From: a virus
Lineage: Duplodnaviria; Caudoviricetes
IMG/VR virus record: IMGVR_UViG_3300037067_005321
Span: 71,716 to 135,715 of that record
Strand: one strand, 5' to 3'
DNA length: 64,000 nt
In this document: piece after piece, positions 52,172 to 64,000 of the stretch
Layout of the letters: each line of letters starts with the position of its first letter
Numbering within the stretch: position 1 is the first letter of the stretch
Position numbers and translations under genes: made by a program
The notes under the pieces: generated by a model
The model's input: only the letters and a program-made list of their open reading frames with translations
What the model was told of the DNA's origin: nothing
The model's database searches: none

Positions 52172-53882
52172 AACAGATTAAAGAGATCAAAGAGAAATTG
52201 GAGAAGGCATTGGATTGTTTTACGTTTGCATGGGACGGAACACATGATTTTGAATGTCAAGTAGAAAAAGCTGAAGTATTAATACAAGAAGCCCTTGCCC
52301 TCATTGAAGAGAAGGAGAAAACAGGGATATGGGTGGAGATACCGGAACCTATTAATGGATATTGCAATCCTAGTTGCCTGTTTTATTGGACATATGGCTT
52401 TAAAGGAAAGTTTTGTAGAAAAGGTTATATGGTAAAAGAGACCGGAAAATCTGGTTCTCAATGTCCGAGGTACAAGGAGGAAGGCAATGGAAAAGAAATT
52501 ATATACAAAATCTGACCTGTGTTATGCAATGGAATGTGCAGCCGATTTTATTGAAAGTGAGGAATGGAATGAGTCCTCGGAAAGGGAATCTGTTATGGCG
52601 GCATACGCGGAAGTTGGGAAAAGATTACGAAGAATGGCCCGTAGAGCCAATAATAAAATTGAATCCCCGAGAAAGGTGCCGCTGCAGGACTTGTTACACG
52701 AATACCTCTGTATGGATGTATTCTAATATTTGCTGGATTTATATTATTTATGATTGAAAATTAAGGGAGAGGAATATGAAATACCTATTAATCGTTTACA
52801 TTGTAATGGCTGTGTTCATTGCGTTCATTATGTGGATGCAGCCGTAGGAGAAGAGGGATGAAATGTTTTAATTGCAATAAAGCTGCATGCTGTCTGGTTG
52901 ATACAGATAAAATCGTATTCCTGGCACTATGTAAGGAGTGCCTTATAAAAAGGTATAAAACTGGTTTGTGGAGTAGTAGAATTGAAACAGATGATCTTTG
53001 GGATACACTTATAAAACAGAAAGGGGAAAAGGAGAAATATGAAGACAAAAAAGTGTCCATACTGTAATACTGAAATAGAAATTAAAAATTATTATGAGAA
53101 AGATAACATTCTCAATGACGAATTTGAGAAGCCCTGTGATGAGTGTAAATATAATCAGAAAGATGAAGATAAATATCCCTGCGCATTTTGTTCCGCTAGG
53201 GATTATGTATAATAAGGATGCAGCCATAAGGGAGAGAAAATGAGATATTTAATTATTATTTTATTGTTATTATTTGCAAGTCCTGCATATGCAGCAGATT
53301 ATATTGACTCACCCACCCCGGAAGAAAGGATTATTGAAAAGAGAAAACAAGAAATTGTTATCCCAGTCCTTATTGAACTACTTGAAGAATATATTAATAG
53401 CTTACCTTATTCACAAGAGCATATAGAAAAAGGCAACCTATTCTTTACTAGTTATAAAATAAGAATAGAAGAACCTTCTCTTGAAGGCTTTCTTGAATGG
53501 TTAAAGGAGAGAAAATGAAATATCTATTTATAATTTTATTTTTACTGTTTGCAAGTTGCTCGAAAGAATCAGAATTAGAATCGTTGGAATTTGATAAGAT
53601 TGAAGATATAATACCAGACGATGGCTATCTCTCATACTCATATGAAACTGGATATATATGGAAAAGATATGGATATACTTGTACTATTTTATGTTCTCCA
53701 GAAGGCAAATACACATGGAGAATAGATGATCTAAATTATATTTGTAGTTATGTATTTGATACCAAGGAAGAAACGATAGAATCTATGGAAGCAGTTTTAT
53801 CACCTGTAATAATTGTACATAAAGAATCTGATGATTATACGTGGTCAGAGTGTAAATAAAAACAATAAAGGAGAATAATATC

Positions 53883-54566
53883 ATGAAGAAATTTATAGCA
53901 GTATTTTTTATGTTTATGATTATGCTTTTTAGTTCGGTAGTTTATGCAATTGATGATGTTCCTGCTATTGATCAGGATACTTATGAAGATGAATGGGGAG
54001 TTGATAATATTTGTGGCCCAACTGTAGCTTCTGAAATAATAGGATATTGGGGTGCTCATGGATATCCTAATTTATCCTCAGATATGGATGAAGTTTTATG
54101 GGATATGATATCCACATATATAGTTCGGACAAGCTCCGGTGCTACTTATCCAGCAAGTTTAATCACAGGAATAGAGGAATATGCATGGGATGCTGGATAT
54201 GAATTTGAAGTGACAACAACAGGCAAAGGTAAAACTTCTTGGAGTGGGCTTAAAGCAGAGATTGATGCAGGTAGACCAGTAATACTTTTGAATTATGCCT
54301 GGAATCATTATGTTGTTGTAATTGATTATTATGAATCAGGAACTACAAGAACAATAGATATTCTCTATGGACATATTCCATTAAAAAGAACTATTAATGT
54401 AGCAACTTTGATTTTAAGTAAATTACAGACATTTTATATTGTACCAATAACTCCTCCAGATAATGGAGTTATTATTGAAGATCCTGATCCATCAACTGAA
54501 GATTGGTACGAGGAAGTCATAACATGGTGTGAAGAAAATGATTGGGAATTGGAACCAGAAGATTAA
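53883..54566 (+). CDS. secreted C39-like cysteine peptidase
   Basis: signal peptide; Q...CGPTVASEIIGYW; EIDAGRPV; HYVVVIDY. Confidence 0.8.
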   Translation: MKKFIAVFFMFMIMLFSSVVYAIDDVPAIDQDTYEDEWGVDNICGPTVASEIIGYWGAHGYPNLSSDMDEVLWDMISTYIVRTSSGATYPASLITGIEEYAWDAGYEFEVTTTGKGKTSWSGLKAEIDAGRPVILLNYAWNHYVVVIDYYESGTTRTIDILYGHIPLKRTINVATLILSKLQTFYIVPITPPDNGVIIEDPDPSTEDWYEEVITWCEENDWELEPED

Positions 54567-55079
54567 GATAGAGGGATTAAATGGAATATGACGGGAATGA
54601 ATATAATGCAGAATATCATAAAGGAGATACTCAAATAGCTGAATCAGAGATGGAATATATTTGGAATATAATAGAAGAATTAGAAAAAGAAGCTAAGGAA
54701 ATTGGTGCAGATGAGATTGAATTTATTGAAGATATAAAAGAAAAAGCAAAGGATATTAAAAAGAATGATAGTATATAAAGAAAAGTATACAGAGAATTTT
54801 AAAATAAGTGGTTGGTACTTATTTGGATTTATACCAATTTATATTAGGAGGGAAAGATATTGAAATTTAAATATGGATTGTACAAAGATATAGAATCTTG
54901 TTTTGTAAACTCAATATATTTGAAATATATATTAACTAATCAGGAATTTATAGAAGACCCAGACAATGTTGAATTAATATCAGATATTAATAGACAGTTA
55001 AAAATAAGAGACATGACACAGCACCATATCTATAAGGATATAGTAGATCCCTTTAAAAATAAAGTATGGATGGAATTAC

Positions 55080-55565
55080 ATGAATCAATATGATAAATAT
55101 GATATAAGGAATATAACTGAGAAAAGAACTGCTGCCCCTTCGTCTATAAGTTGTGGGGTCACTTGGGTCGATGGACGTATCATCTTTCATAAAGATAAAA
55201 ATATAAATAAGCAAGGAGCTTGGATATATGGTATATGCCATTTTTCAAATGGTATATTTCTTATTACTCCAAGAGATCATGTAATTCCAACTACTTTAAC
55301 AACTATATTAGTTTCACCATTTGACAATTATTGCCAACGTGCTTATAGTTGTTTAGATTTTGATTGTAAATTAAATAAGTTTAATAGAGATATATTTGAA
55401 ACAGAGATTGGTGATTTTGCTAAAGAATTTCCATTTATTAATAAGGAAAAACCTTTCTGGTTTAATAGTCTTAAATGGAAAAATGATATGTGGGCTAAGA
55501 AAAAACTTCCAATTAACGGAGGAGTATTAAAATTTGATGCAAACAAAGAAACGAATAAAAGTTAG
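55080..55565 (+). CDS. hypothetical protein
   Basis: 161-aa ORF. Confidence 0.6.
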   Translation: MNQYDKYDIRNITEKRTAAPSSISCGVTWVDGRIIFHKDKNINKQGAWIYGICHFSNGIFLITPRDHVIPTTLTTILVSPFDNYCQRAYSCLDFDCKLNKFNRDIFETEIGDFAKEFPFINKEKPFWFNSLKWKNDMWAKKKLPINGGVLKFDANKETNKS

Positions 55566-57099
55566 TAGTGCAAAAGCAAAAGGAAGGAATCTACAAAAAG
55601 ATATTGCTCAAAGAATATCTAATATAACTAATATTCCTTGTGGTAAAGACTTGGATATTGAGAGTAGACAAATGGGGGGCAGCGGTGTAGACGTTTGTCT
55701 TAGAGGTAAAGCAAAGGAACTATTTCCTTTTTCAATAGAATGTTTTTCTGGAGAAACTCTTGTTCTAACAAAAAATGGATATAAATTAATATCTGATATT
55801 AAAACTGGAGATAATGTTTTTACATCTAAATCTAGATTTAGAAAAGTAATTAATGTTATGTCTAGAAATGTTAATGAATTTATTAATTTAAAAAGTAATA
55901 TTTCATCAGAAGTAGTTTCTGTAACTGAAGAACATCCTTTTGAGACTTTTAATAAAGAATTTATCAAGGCATCCAAGCTTAATTATACCTCTAGTTTTTT
56001 TAGTGGTATCGGAGGATATGAATTAAGTATATCTAAATTCAAACTACCAAAACAAGTTTTTAAATCTAAAATATTAAAGGATCATAAGCATATAACATGC
56101 GCCTGTGGTTGTGGAGAGATTCTAGAAAGATATGACTCTAGAGGTAGAGAACGAAAATTTCAAGTTGGTCATAGTGGAAAATGGACAGGTATTTCTTTAC
56201 CAAAAGATGTTATCTTAGATGAAGATTTATTATATATATTTGGCTGGTATATTGCTGAAGGAGATATAAACAATAATTGTGTACGTTGGACATTAGGAAG
56301 TACTGAATTAGATTATGCTAAAAAAATAGTGGAAATAGTCTTTAATAAGTTTGGAATAAAAGCTTCGTTAAAATTATATAAATCTACATATAGAATTAGT
56401 GCTAGTTCAAAATTACTATCAAAATTTTTTATAGATTTATTTAATACTGGAAGTACAAATAAAAAATTAGGTAAGTTTATCTTTTTAAAAAGGGATCTAC
56501 TGAAGGTTTTAATAAGATCTTATTTTTTAGGAGATGGGTGTGTTAGAGAAAAATTTGCTAGATGTGAAACTGTAAGTAGGCTTTTAGCGAATGAAATACA
56601 TTTTAGTCTTCTAAGATTAGGTATTTTATCTAGAATTAGTATTGCTAGAAAAACAAGTTACAATACTAGAAAACATGATTTGTATTCTATACAAATATCT
56701 AAATCATCCTTGTATAGATTTAAAAAATTGATGAATAATGAAAATTTTAGATTTATTAAATTTGAAATAAATTATGATGACACATGTCAAATATTTGATT
56801 TTTCAAATGGTAGAGTTTATACAAAAGTAGAAAATAAAGATATTATCAATAAAAATATAAATGTTTTCAATTTAGAAATTGAGGAAGATGAAACTTATAT
56901 AATAAATGGGGGGATAATTGTACATAACTGTAAATCTCAGGAATCTTGGTCTATTCATGAATTTATAAAACAGGCAAAAGAAAATCAACTCCAGGGAACT
57001 GACTGGATCTTATTCTGTAAGCGTTCAAGAGAAGAACCAGTAGCCATCCTAGATGCAGATGCTTTTTTCAAACTATATAAAAAGGTGTTAGAGAGATGA
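55534..57099 (+). CDS. PD-(D/E)xK Holliday junction resolvase-like protein containing an intein
   Basis: AKAKGR.LQ, GVDV, SIE|CK, QAKEN, LFCKR. Confidence 0.85.
   Translation: MMQTKKRIKVSSAKAKGRNLQKDIAQRISNITNIPCGKDLDIESRQMGGSGVDVCLRGKAKELFPFSIECFSGETLVLTKNGYKLISDIKTGDNVFTSKSRFRKVINVMSRNVNEFINLKSNISSEVVSVTEEHPFETFNKEFIKASKLNYTSSFFSGIGGYELSISKFKLPKQVFKSKILKDHKHITCACGCGEILERYDSRGRERKFQVGHSGKWTGISLPKDVILDEDLLYIFGWYIAEGDINNNCVRWTLGSTELDYAKKIVEIVFNKFGIKASLKLYKSTYRISASSKLLSKFFIDLFNTGSTNKKLGKFIFLKRDLLKVLIRSYFLGDGCVREKFARCETVSRLLANEIHFSLLRLGILSRISIARKTSYNTRKHDLYSIQISKSSLYRFKKLMNNENFRFIKFEINYDDTCQIFDFSNGRVYTKVENKDIINKNINVFNLEIEEDETYIINGGIIVHNCKSQESWSIHEFIKQAKENQLQGTDWILFCKRSREEPVAILDADAFFKLYKKVLER
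55741..56928 (+). mobile_element. LAGLIDADG intein (396 aa) in the resolvase E-x-K motif
   Basis: starts CFSGET, TEEHPF, FGWYIAEG, YFLGDG, ends IVHN, followed by Cys. Confidence 0.92.
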
Positions 57100-57525
57100 A
57101 AATATATTGTATATCATGTAATTTATATCTTGGGGAGATAAGAGATGGATCTTTGAGGATAGGTACATATTATATATGTAATAAATGTAAAGAAAAATGG
57201 AGAATAGCCAATCAAATGGCAGAAAATGCAAGAAAAGAAACACCTGATTTTATAAATGATTTATTTAAAGGATTTAAGTTATGAGTAATAGCATGTTTGA
57301 AGATTATGAATATTGGGATGAAGATGATTGTCAACAAGACACTTATACTTTAACAGTTAAAGCTAAAACTAATAAAGCTCTTTTACTCTCAGATGGTAAA
57401 ATAGAAGAATGGTTTCCCATATCCAGATTAGGATTTTATATGGAATTAGAAGAGGTAAAGGTGGGTAATGAGTATGAATTTGTGATAGAAAATTGGATAG
57501 CATACGACAAAGGACTTTGTTAATA

Positions 57526-58110
57526 ATGATAAATATAGCATTTGATATAGATGGTTGTATTGTAAATATGGATGAGCATTTTCGCTCTATTGTTTCTTCT
57601 AGATATAATAAAGAATATACTCCTGCACCTAATTGGGATTTGAGTAAATCTTATAATATATCTAATTCAGTATGTTGGGATATATTAGTTGAAGTATATA
57701 TGAATCCAGGCAATACACCTATAATAAATGGAGCAAAAGAAGTATTATATAAATTATATAACTTAAATAATAAGGAGGAGCCATTACAATTTATTACAGC
57801 CAGACCTAAGTGGGCAGCATCAATGACTTATTCACTTTTAGATAGGATAATACCAGATATAGATTATCAAATAGCATTTGCAAATCATAAGATAAAATAT
57901 TTAAAAGACTATCCATATATAATTGAGGATAGCCCTAATAATGTAGAATATTTCTTAAGTCAGGGAAAGATAGTATTTATGCCAGTTTATAAATATAATG
58001 ATCATTTATACCCTTGTGATAATCATATTACTGGAAGTAATAATTTAATTAGAATTACTACAATAGCTAGTTTGTTAAACTTTAAAGAATTTAATTTGGT
58101 TAATAGGTGA
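57526..58110 (+). CDS. HAD-superfamily 5'(3')-deoxyribonucleotidase-like protein (start corrected from 57493)
   Basis: FDIDG, ITAR, K, IEDSP, YN. Confidence 0.85.
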   Translation: MINIAFDIDGCIVNMDEHFRSIVSSRYNKEYTPAPNWDLSKSYNISNSVCWDILVEVYMNPGNTPIINGAKEVLYKLYNLNNKEEPLQFITARPKWAASMTYSLLDRIIPDIDYQIAFANHKIKYLKDYPYIIEDSPNNVEYFLSQGKIVFMPVYKYNDHLYPCDNHITGSNNLIRITTIASLLNFKEFNLVNR

Positions 58111-58481
58111 TATAATGATTTTTGAATGTTTTGATCGCAAATATGGGGCTAAAACATGGCCCTCAGATGACCCAAAAGATTCTCCTTTTGATATATTTAC
58201 ATGTAAAATTTGTGGTAAGAAATTTAGGATTCAGATGTTTGGAGCTAGATATATATATGAACCAACCTTTGAAGATAGTGCTAGAGAAGAATTGCAAAAT
58301 CATATGAAAGAACATATTTGGTAAATAAAGAGGGGGATAAAAATGTTAAAATTTTTAAAAGGTTATTTAGCTTTTATATATTTAGGTGCAATATTAGGTA
58401 TTGCAGGTATTTATATTGATAATTGGAAATGGTGAGGAAGGAGAAATAACTCCTTAAACTAATAATGGGTGTGAAATAAAA

Positions 58482-59360
58482 TTGAAACAATGTACAAAAT
58501 GTAAAATAGAAAAAGAAGATAGTGAGTTTTATAGAGACAAATATAAAAAAGATGGTTTAACTAGTCAATGTAAAGCTTGCCAAAAAGAACATAGTGATTT
58601 ACATAAAGATAGAAAAAAAGAAACAAATAGAAAATGGAGAGAAAATAATCCAGAAAAACATAAAGCACATCGGAAGAAAGCTAGTAAGAAGTGGAGAAAA
58701 AATCATCCAGAAGAATATAAAAAGACTCATAAAATATGGGTAGATAATAATAAAGAAAAAATAAGAGTAAGTAGCCAAAAGAGTATATATTCTTTGACTG
58801 AATATCTTCCATATTTTGAAAAACTTTCTCAGTACGAAGAATGCAGAAAAGATCCAAATAATGAAGAATTATTACAAGTAAGATGTAAGACTTGTAATAA
58901 GTGGATTAATATTAATAGGAGTAAGGCACATAGTAGACTACAATGTATAAATGGAACTTGTGTTGGTAACTCTTACTTTTTTTGTTCTATAGAGTGTAAA
59001 GACAAATTCGTTCTTAAATTATCTAATAAAGATTATGTAGAATATCTTAAATATAGAAGAAAGGCTGATGCATATGCATTAAGGATGTATAGAAGATATA
59101 AGTATTTAATAAATTCTCTAGACTTGCTTAGAGGGCAAGGAAAAGATAAATATCATATAGATCATATATTCTCAGTTTTAGATGGATTTAAAAACCAAGT
59201 TCCAATAGAAGTAATAAGTAATCCATATAATTTAAGGATGTTTTTGGGTAGCAAAAACATAGCCAAATTAGCCAAATTAGATAAATCAGATATAAAACTA
59301 GAGGAATTATACATAAATTATAATTTATTTTTGGAGAAATTAAATGCACATACGTTATAG
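58482..59360 (+). CDS. HNH endonuclease with Zn-finger/basic N-terminus
   Basis: CTKCK...CKAC, CSIEC, YHIDHIFSV..GF...NL...N. Confidence 0.8.
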   Translation: MKQCTKCKIEKEDSEFYRDKYKKDGLTSQCKACQKEHSDLHKDRKKETNRKWRENNPEKHKAHRKKASKKWRKNHPEEYKKTHKIWVDNNKEKIRVSSQKSIYSLTEYLPYFEKLSQYEECRKDPNNEELLQVRCKTCNKWININRSKAHSRLQCINGTCVGNSYFFCSIECKDKFVLKLSNKDYVEYLKYRRKADAYALRMYRRYKYLINSLDLLRGQGKDKYHIDHIFSVLDGFKNQVPIEVISNPYNLRMFLGSKNIAKLAKLDKSDIKLEELYINYNLFLEKLNAHTL

Positions 59361-60282
59361 ACCAACATCTTTTACTGAAATTATAGGTAATAATATCTTA
59401 ATTAAATCTTTAAAAGATGTTTTAAAAAATAAACCAGTAAGACCAATCCTTTTTGTAGGCCCAAAAGGTTGTGCAAAAACTACATTATCCTACATTGTAG
59501 CTAAAGAATTCGGTGGTAATAATTTAGAATTAATAGAAAGAGATTGTGAAGATTTGTCAAAAGTTGAAGATACTAGAGAATTAATAGATAGAATATTTGC
59601 ACTAACTTTATTTGATACTAACAAATGCATAATACTTGATGAACTACATGGATTAAGCCTAAAATCACAAGAAGTTTTATTAAAACCATTAGAATTTGAG
59701 AATATTAAAAATAACATATTATTTATAGCTTGCACAACTGAAATAAAAAATATAAAGGAAACATTATTAAGCAGGTTTATTCAATATAGAGTATCTCCCC
59801 TATCTGAAAAAGAAAGCTTGGAATTGTTAAATAGAGTATGCACTGGTGAAAATATATCTATACCTAAGTGGTTGCAAGTATTATTGATAGAAAAATCAGA
59901 GGGGATACCAAGAAGATTACTTACTGGATTATCAAAAGTAAAGTCTGTAACTGATGAATCTGAAGCTAAATTCTTATTAGATTTGAATTCTATAGATGAA
60001 TCTAGTGAAGTATTAGAATTGTTCAAGATGTTGTTAAAAGGTGTAGATTGGAAAGATATTAAAAAGTACTTACAGATTATATTAAAAGATAACTCTCCAG
60101 AATCTATACGAATTAGTCTAATGAATTTGATAGGGGGTAGATTGTCATCAGATTATTTAAAATATGAGGAAATTCCAAAACTTATAGAGGTATATAATAT
60201 TTTAAGAAATGTGAATAATATACCAGAAAAAGCATCTTTACAGGTTGACATTTGTAAAATAGTGAATATATTTAAGAGGTAG
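59344..60282 (+). CDS. clamp loader, DnaX (gamma/tau)-like
   Basis: RYRP.SF.EIIG, GPKGCAKTT, ILDELH.LS, LLKPLE, CTTE, LSRF. Confidence 0.9.
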   Translation: MHIRYRPTSFTEIIGNNILIKSLKDVLKNKPVRPILFVGPKGCAKTTLSYIVAKEFGGNNLELIERDCEDLSKVEDTRELIDRIFALTLFDTNKCIILDELHGLSLKSQEVLLKPLEFENIKNNILFIACTTEIKNIKETLLSRFIQYRVSPLSEKESLELLNRVCTGENISIPKWLQVLLIEKSEGIPRRLLTGLSKVKSVTDESEAKFLLDLNSIDESSEVLELFKMLLKGVDWKDIKKYLQIILKDNSPESIRISLMNLIGGRLSSDYLKYEEIPKLIEVYNILRNVNNIPEKASLQVDICKIVNIFKR

Positions 60283-61358
60283 ATAGTATGAGTGCTGATA
60301 ACTATGTAATAGTAAAAAGATTTGGAAAGAATGATTATAGATGGGGAATGTGGTTTGCATCTGATGATGATCCAGATTTTTCAGATGTTAAATTTAAATA
60401 TGGTCCATTTGAAACTGCTAGTAAAGCAGCAGAGGATGCTGTCGAATGGTGTGATGGTGTAATAGAATATGGTATAGATTTTGATGAATCTTGTTTAAGG
60501 GAGGATTAAAATAAAAGATGAAATAGTTGTTTTTGACTCTATAATTATAAATAATTGTGTAGATTGTATTAATTATAAATCTGAATTATTATCTGATTTT
60601 ATTGAGATAACGTGTAACAAGAATATATTTAAAAGACAATTATTGTTTTCAATTCAACAAGGTGTAAATATTATAAATAATAAATGCAATTTATTTGAAA
60701 GGAAAAACAATGGAAAAAAAGCACAGGAAGGATAAAAATCATGAAATATTGGATTAATTAAATTGTGAGGATACCAGAAAGGAGGTACATGGAAAAGATA
60801 CAACAAATTAAGAGAGTGTTGCAAAACATGAGAATAGTAATCAATTCTGATAACCCATTAGTTAACGGGGAGCAGGATTTATTGGATACATTAGATGCTC
60901 TTAACGAAGAGGCCCTTTCCTTTATCGAGGAGATGGAGCTAGAAGATCAATACTCAGAAAATTGAGGAGGATTAAATGAAGATAAAATTTAATGTAAATT
61001 CTGGGGCAAATATACATTCTACGAAATATGAAATTTTTGATTTAAAGGATTTTCTAGGATATGATACTGATGAAGAAGCTTTAGAAGAATGGAACAGTTT
61101 TGATGAAGATTATAAGTATTCTTTGGTAGAAGAGTGGGCATGGAACAATGGGTTAGAAATATATTATGAGGAGATAAACTAATGGAAAAAAGTGAAATTA
61201 TTCAAGGAAAACAGGATAGTATAGAGGTAAATCGTAATGGAAAAGGAGAGTATTCTTATTCTTGTAAGATCTATTATGATAGTGATCTTACAGATCCTAA
61301 AGCAGTAATAGATAAACTTAAATCAATATATATTGAATTACAAGAAAGATTTAAATAG

Positions 61359-61386
61359 TTGACATTTTAAATTTCATTATTATATT
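61359..61386 (+). promoter_or_regulatory. sigma70-like promoter
   Basis: TTGACA-16-TATATT then AGGAGG; same spacing at 60245-60272 and 32747. Confidence 0.5.
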
Positions 61387-62209
61387 TAGGAGGATGAGTC
61401 TGGAAAATAAAGAACTTGTTAATAATATAGAATCTAAGATAAAATATACAAAGGATAATTGTAAGTTATTTATAGAACTTGGTATATTAAAAGAATTAAT
61501 GAGATTAAACGATAGTATAGAAAAAGGAATGAATGTAGAAGTAAAAATGCATTCAGAGCCAGATATATGAAATTACATATAGATTGTAGATGTGGATGTG
61601 ATATACTTTGCATAGAAAAGATATTTGAAAGAGATGAAGATTATGAAGCAATATATTATTTTAATATGTATAGATCTTCTCCATCTTTCCCTTATTTTTG
61701 GTGTAGATTGAAAAGAGCTTGGGAATATTTTAGAAAAGGTGAATTTGCATATTCAGATATGACAATTGGGGAAAAAGATATAGATAAAATGATTGAATTT
61801 CTTAAACAAGCAAAAGAACAAAAGGAGAATGAAGAATGATGTTTAATAAAGAAAAAATAGCTAAGTTAGAAAGAGATATTGATTTATTATTTAATCATAT
61901 TAATGCTCTCTATAATTATTTGGGAATTGAGGAAATTGAATATATAATTGCATATCCAGGAAAAACTAATAGAGTAAAATTATACTCTAAAAAGAAAGGA
62001 AAAGATAAAAATAATGGAGTCAACTAGAGTAGCAGTATTATTAATTATAATAATATTTTATATTGTTCAAATTATATATTATAATTTTATATCTGATATA
62101 GATAAAGTTACTAAATATTATATAAATATTTTATCTGCTCTATTTTGCATACCATTATTTTTAGTTATATTTATTTTATAATCTAATATTATATAGGAGA
62201 TAGATTAAT

Positions 62210-63235
62210 TTGATTGATTTAAGTAAAGTAGTTAATACATTAAAAAAGAAATATACTGAAACTTCAATGGGTAGTCAAGAAACTAATCTTGAATTTGTAT
62301 CTACTGGTAATAAAGCATTTGATTTAATAGCAGATGGTGGAGTTCCTTTTGGATATATAGTTGAATTTGCTGGTTTTTCTTCTAGTGGAAAATCCTTGAT
62401 GACACAACAAATTATAGCTAATGCTCAAAGAGATTATGGTGCTATTGGCATTCTTATAGATAGAGAAAATGCTTATACTAAAGAGCGTGGAGAACAATTA
62501 GGAATTAGTAGTGATAATCTTCTTATAGCTAAACCACAAGATGTACCTACAGCATTAGAGGCTTTTAATTTTATATTTGAATCTATAAGCGAGATAAGAA
62601 AACAAGATAAAACTATTAAAATAGTAGTTGGAATAGATTCTATCTCAGCTTTTGGCAAAGATGTAGATTTAGAGAAATCTGACCAAGGCAGAAAGGCTAA
62701 ATCAATACATGAAGGATTAAGAGAGCTTCTAACACATACAGACAAAAATACAATGGTGATAGTAGCTAATCAATATACTTATAAAATTGGAGTAAGTTGG
62801 GGAAATCCTGTTACTACAACCTCTGGTGAAGCAATGAAATATTATTCTACTCTACGTTTTTCACTTGAAAATAGAAAGGATATAATTGATGAAAAAAGAG
62901 GAAATGAGACTACAGGTAATTGGATAGGAGTTGAGGTATCAAAAACAAGACTTGGTCCTTGTAAAAGGGAGTGCTATTTGCCCCATTTTTATAAGACAGG
63001 GATAGATTATTATGGTGGGTATGCTAGACTTTTGTCAGAAAGAGGCTTTCTTGAACCTAAAAATAAGTCAGAATTCAAGAGCTTTAAACAGCATACTTTA
63101 AAATATGGTGAGAATGTTATTAATGAATTTAAGATGAAAGAGGCACTGGAAAAGTTTCCTGAATTGGATTTTCAGGAATATCCAGAATATAACTTAAATG
63201 GAAAGGAGGAAAATAATGAAGAAGGAGAAGAATAG
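62210..63235 (+). CDS. recA: RecA/UvsX recombinase
   Basis: STG..AFD...GGVP.G.IVE..GFSSSGKS, IDRE, IDSI, VANQ, TTSGEAMKYYS. Confidence 0.93.
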   Translation: MIDLSKVVNTLKKKYTETSMGSQETNLEFVSTGNKAFDLIADGGVPFGYIVEFAGFSSSGKSLMTQQIIANAQRDYGAIGILIDRENAYTKERGEQLGISSDNLLIAKPQDVPTALEAFNFIFESISEIRKQDKTIKIVVGIDSISAFGKDVDLEKSDQGRKAKSIHEGLRELLTHTDKNTMVIVANQYTYKIGVSWGNPVTTTSGEAMKYYSTLRFSLENRKDIIDEKRGNETTGNWIGVEVSKTRLGPCKRECYLPHFYKTGIDYYGGYARLLSERGFLEPKNKSEFKSFKQHTLKYGENVINEFKMKEALEKFPELDFQEYPEYNLNGKEENNEEGEE

Positions 63236-64000
63236 AAATGAATAAAGTTATTAAAAATAAAATAGAAAAAAAACTTGAAGAGATAAAAGAAAAGGAAGAT
63301 AATAAAAATATTAGATTTATTGCTTTATGGAATAATATTTGTCCTAATTGTGGTGAATCTTTATCTTATAAAGATTATTATGGTTTTTTTAAAGGAAATT
63401 ACAGATTACAAAGTTGTGCTAATTGTGGATTTACAAATGAATTAGATACTAATGTATTATAATAGTATAACTTAAATGGAAAGGAAGAAAACAATGAAAA
63501 CAATAAAGAAGGAGAATAATAATATGGAAAAAGAAAGTAAAGATGCAGGATTTATGGATAATATTTTAAGTAAATTAGAGAGTGTATTAGATACACAGAT
63601 TGAGGAATTTAAAACAAATCCTATAAAATCAGCAATTAAATTATTTATAATTGCTTGGTTTATTAAGAAAGCTTATAATTTTATAAAGGAGAAATAAAAA
63701 TGTTAACTAAAATATTTGACTTGGGAGTTATAGCAGTATTAATGTGGCTTGCAAAAGTATTACTTTTGAATAATTTAATGGTTAAAATAACTAATGAAAA
63801 TGCTATAGCAGTTATTATAGCTGTTATAATAGTATTTATAACTGTAGCTACCCCATTTATATTAAGGAAAAAGTAATGTATTTTTGGTATATATGGTTAT
63901 TATTCTTTACAGTAGTTTGTGTATTTATTAATTATGGAGCTTGGTATTCCTTTAATTTAATAAAAAGAAATGATGGAACAGATAATATATTTGATACTCT

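Noticed and set aside
61390-61400. GAGGATGAGTC as a third copy of the duplicated element
   Set aside because: Only the 11-nt RBS/ATG portion matches; none of the structured part is present
1-64000. Minus-strand ORFs in the track
   Set aside because: All short, antisense to well-supported + strand genes, without RBS or motifs
1-64000. Stop-codon reassignment suggested by the RF-like gene
   Set aside because: Long conserved genes are intact in the standard code, and TAA, TAG and TGA all end genes at expected positions

Overview
AT-rich (roughly 25-30% GC by eye) segment of a large dsDNA bacteriophage genome, probably a tailed phage; essentially all credible genes are on the + strand in standard code. 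About 1-21 kb is an early/accessory region of small ORFs separated by long hairpins. It carries a CCA-adding nucleotidyltransferase, RtcB RNA ligase, a MoxR-type AAA/vWA module, a PRTase and an ArdA-like protein. About 21-63 kb is the replication/recombination region: SNF2 helicase, beta-clamp-like protein, UDG-PolA fusion, primase-helicase, UvsY-like protein, gp32-like SSB, SbcD, intein-containing SbcC, intein-containing resolvase, clamp loader and RecA. No structural genes, tRNAs or CRISPR array were seen. Best leads: (1) a 36-nt-period dual-repeat/dual-spacer array at 41763-41915 with TIGR (tigRNA) architecture, plus a solo unit at 43575-43619, with no recognisable Tas gene in the window; (2) six otherwise unrelated small acidic proteins sharing the N-terminus MKIRx[GS]FVSNSS[ST][ST]SF, four of them just downstream of an atypical radical SAM/SPASM-twitch enzyme; (3) a duplicated ~100-nt structured leader element; (4) an apparently circularly permuted gp32-like SSB; (5) Tat-signal and pilin-mimic genes; (6) a release-factor-like protein with GGS in place of GGQ. 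All family calls come from motif recognition by eye; no database searches were run.
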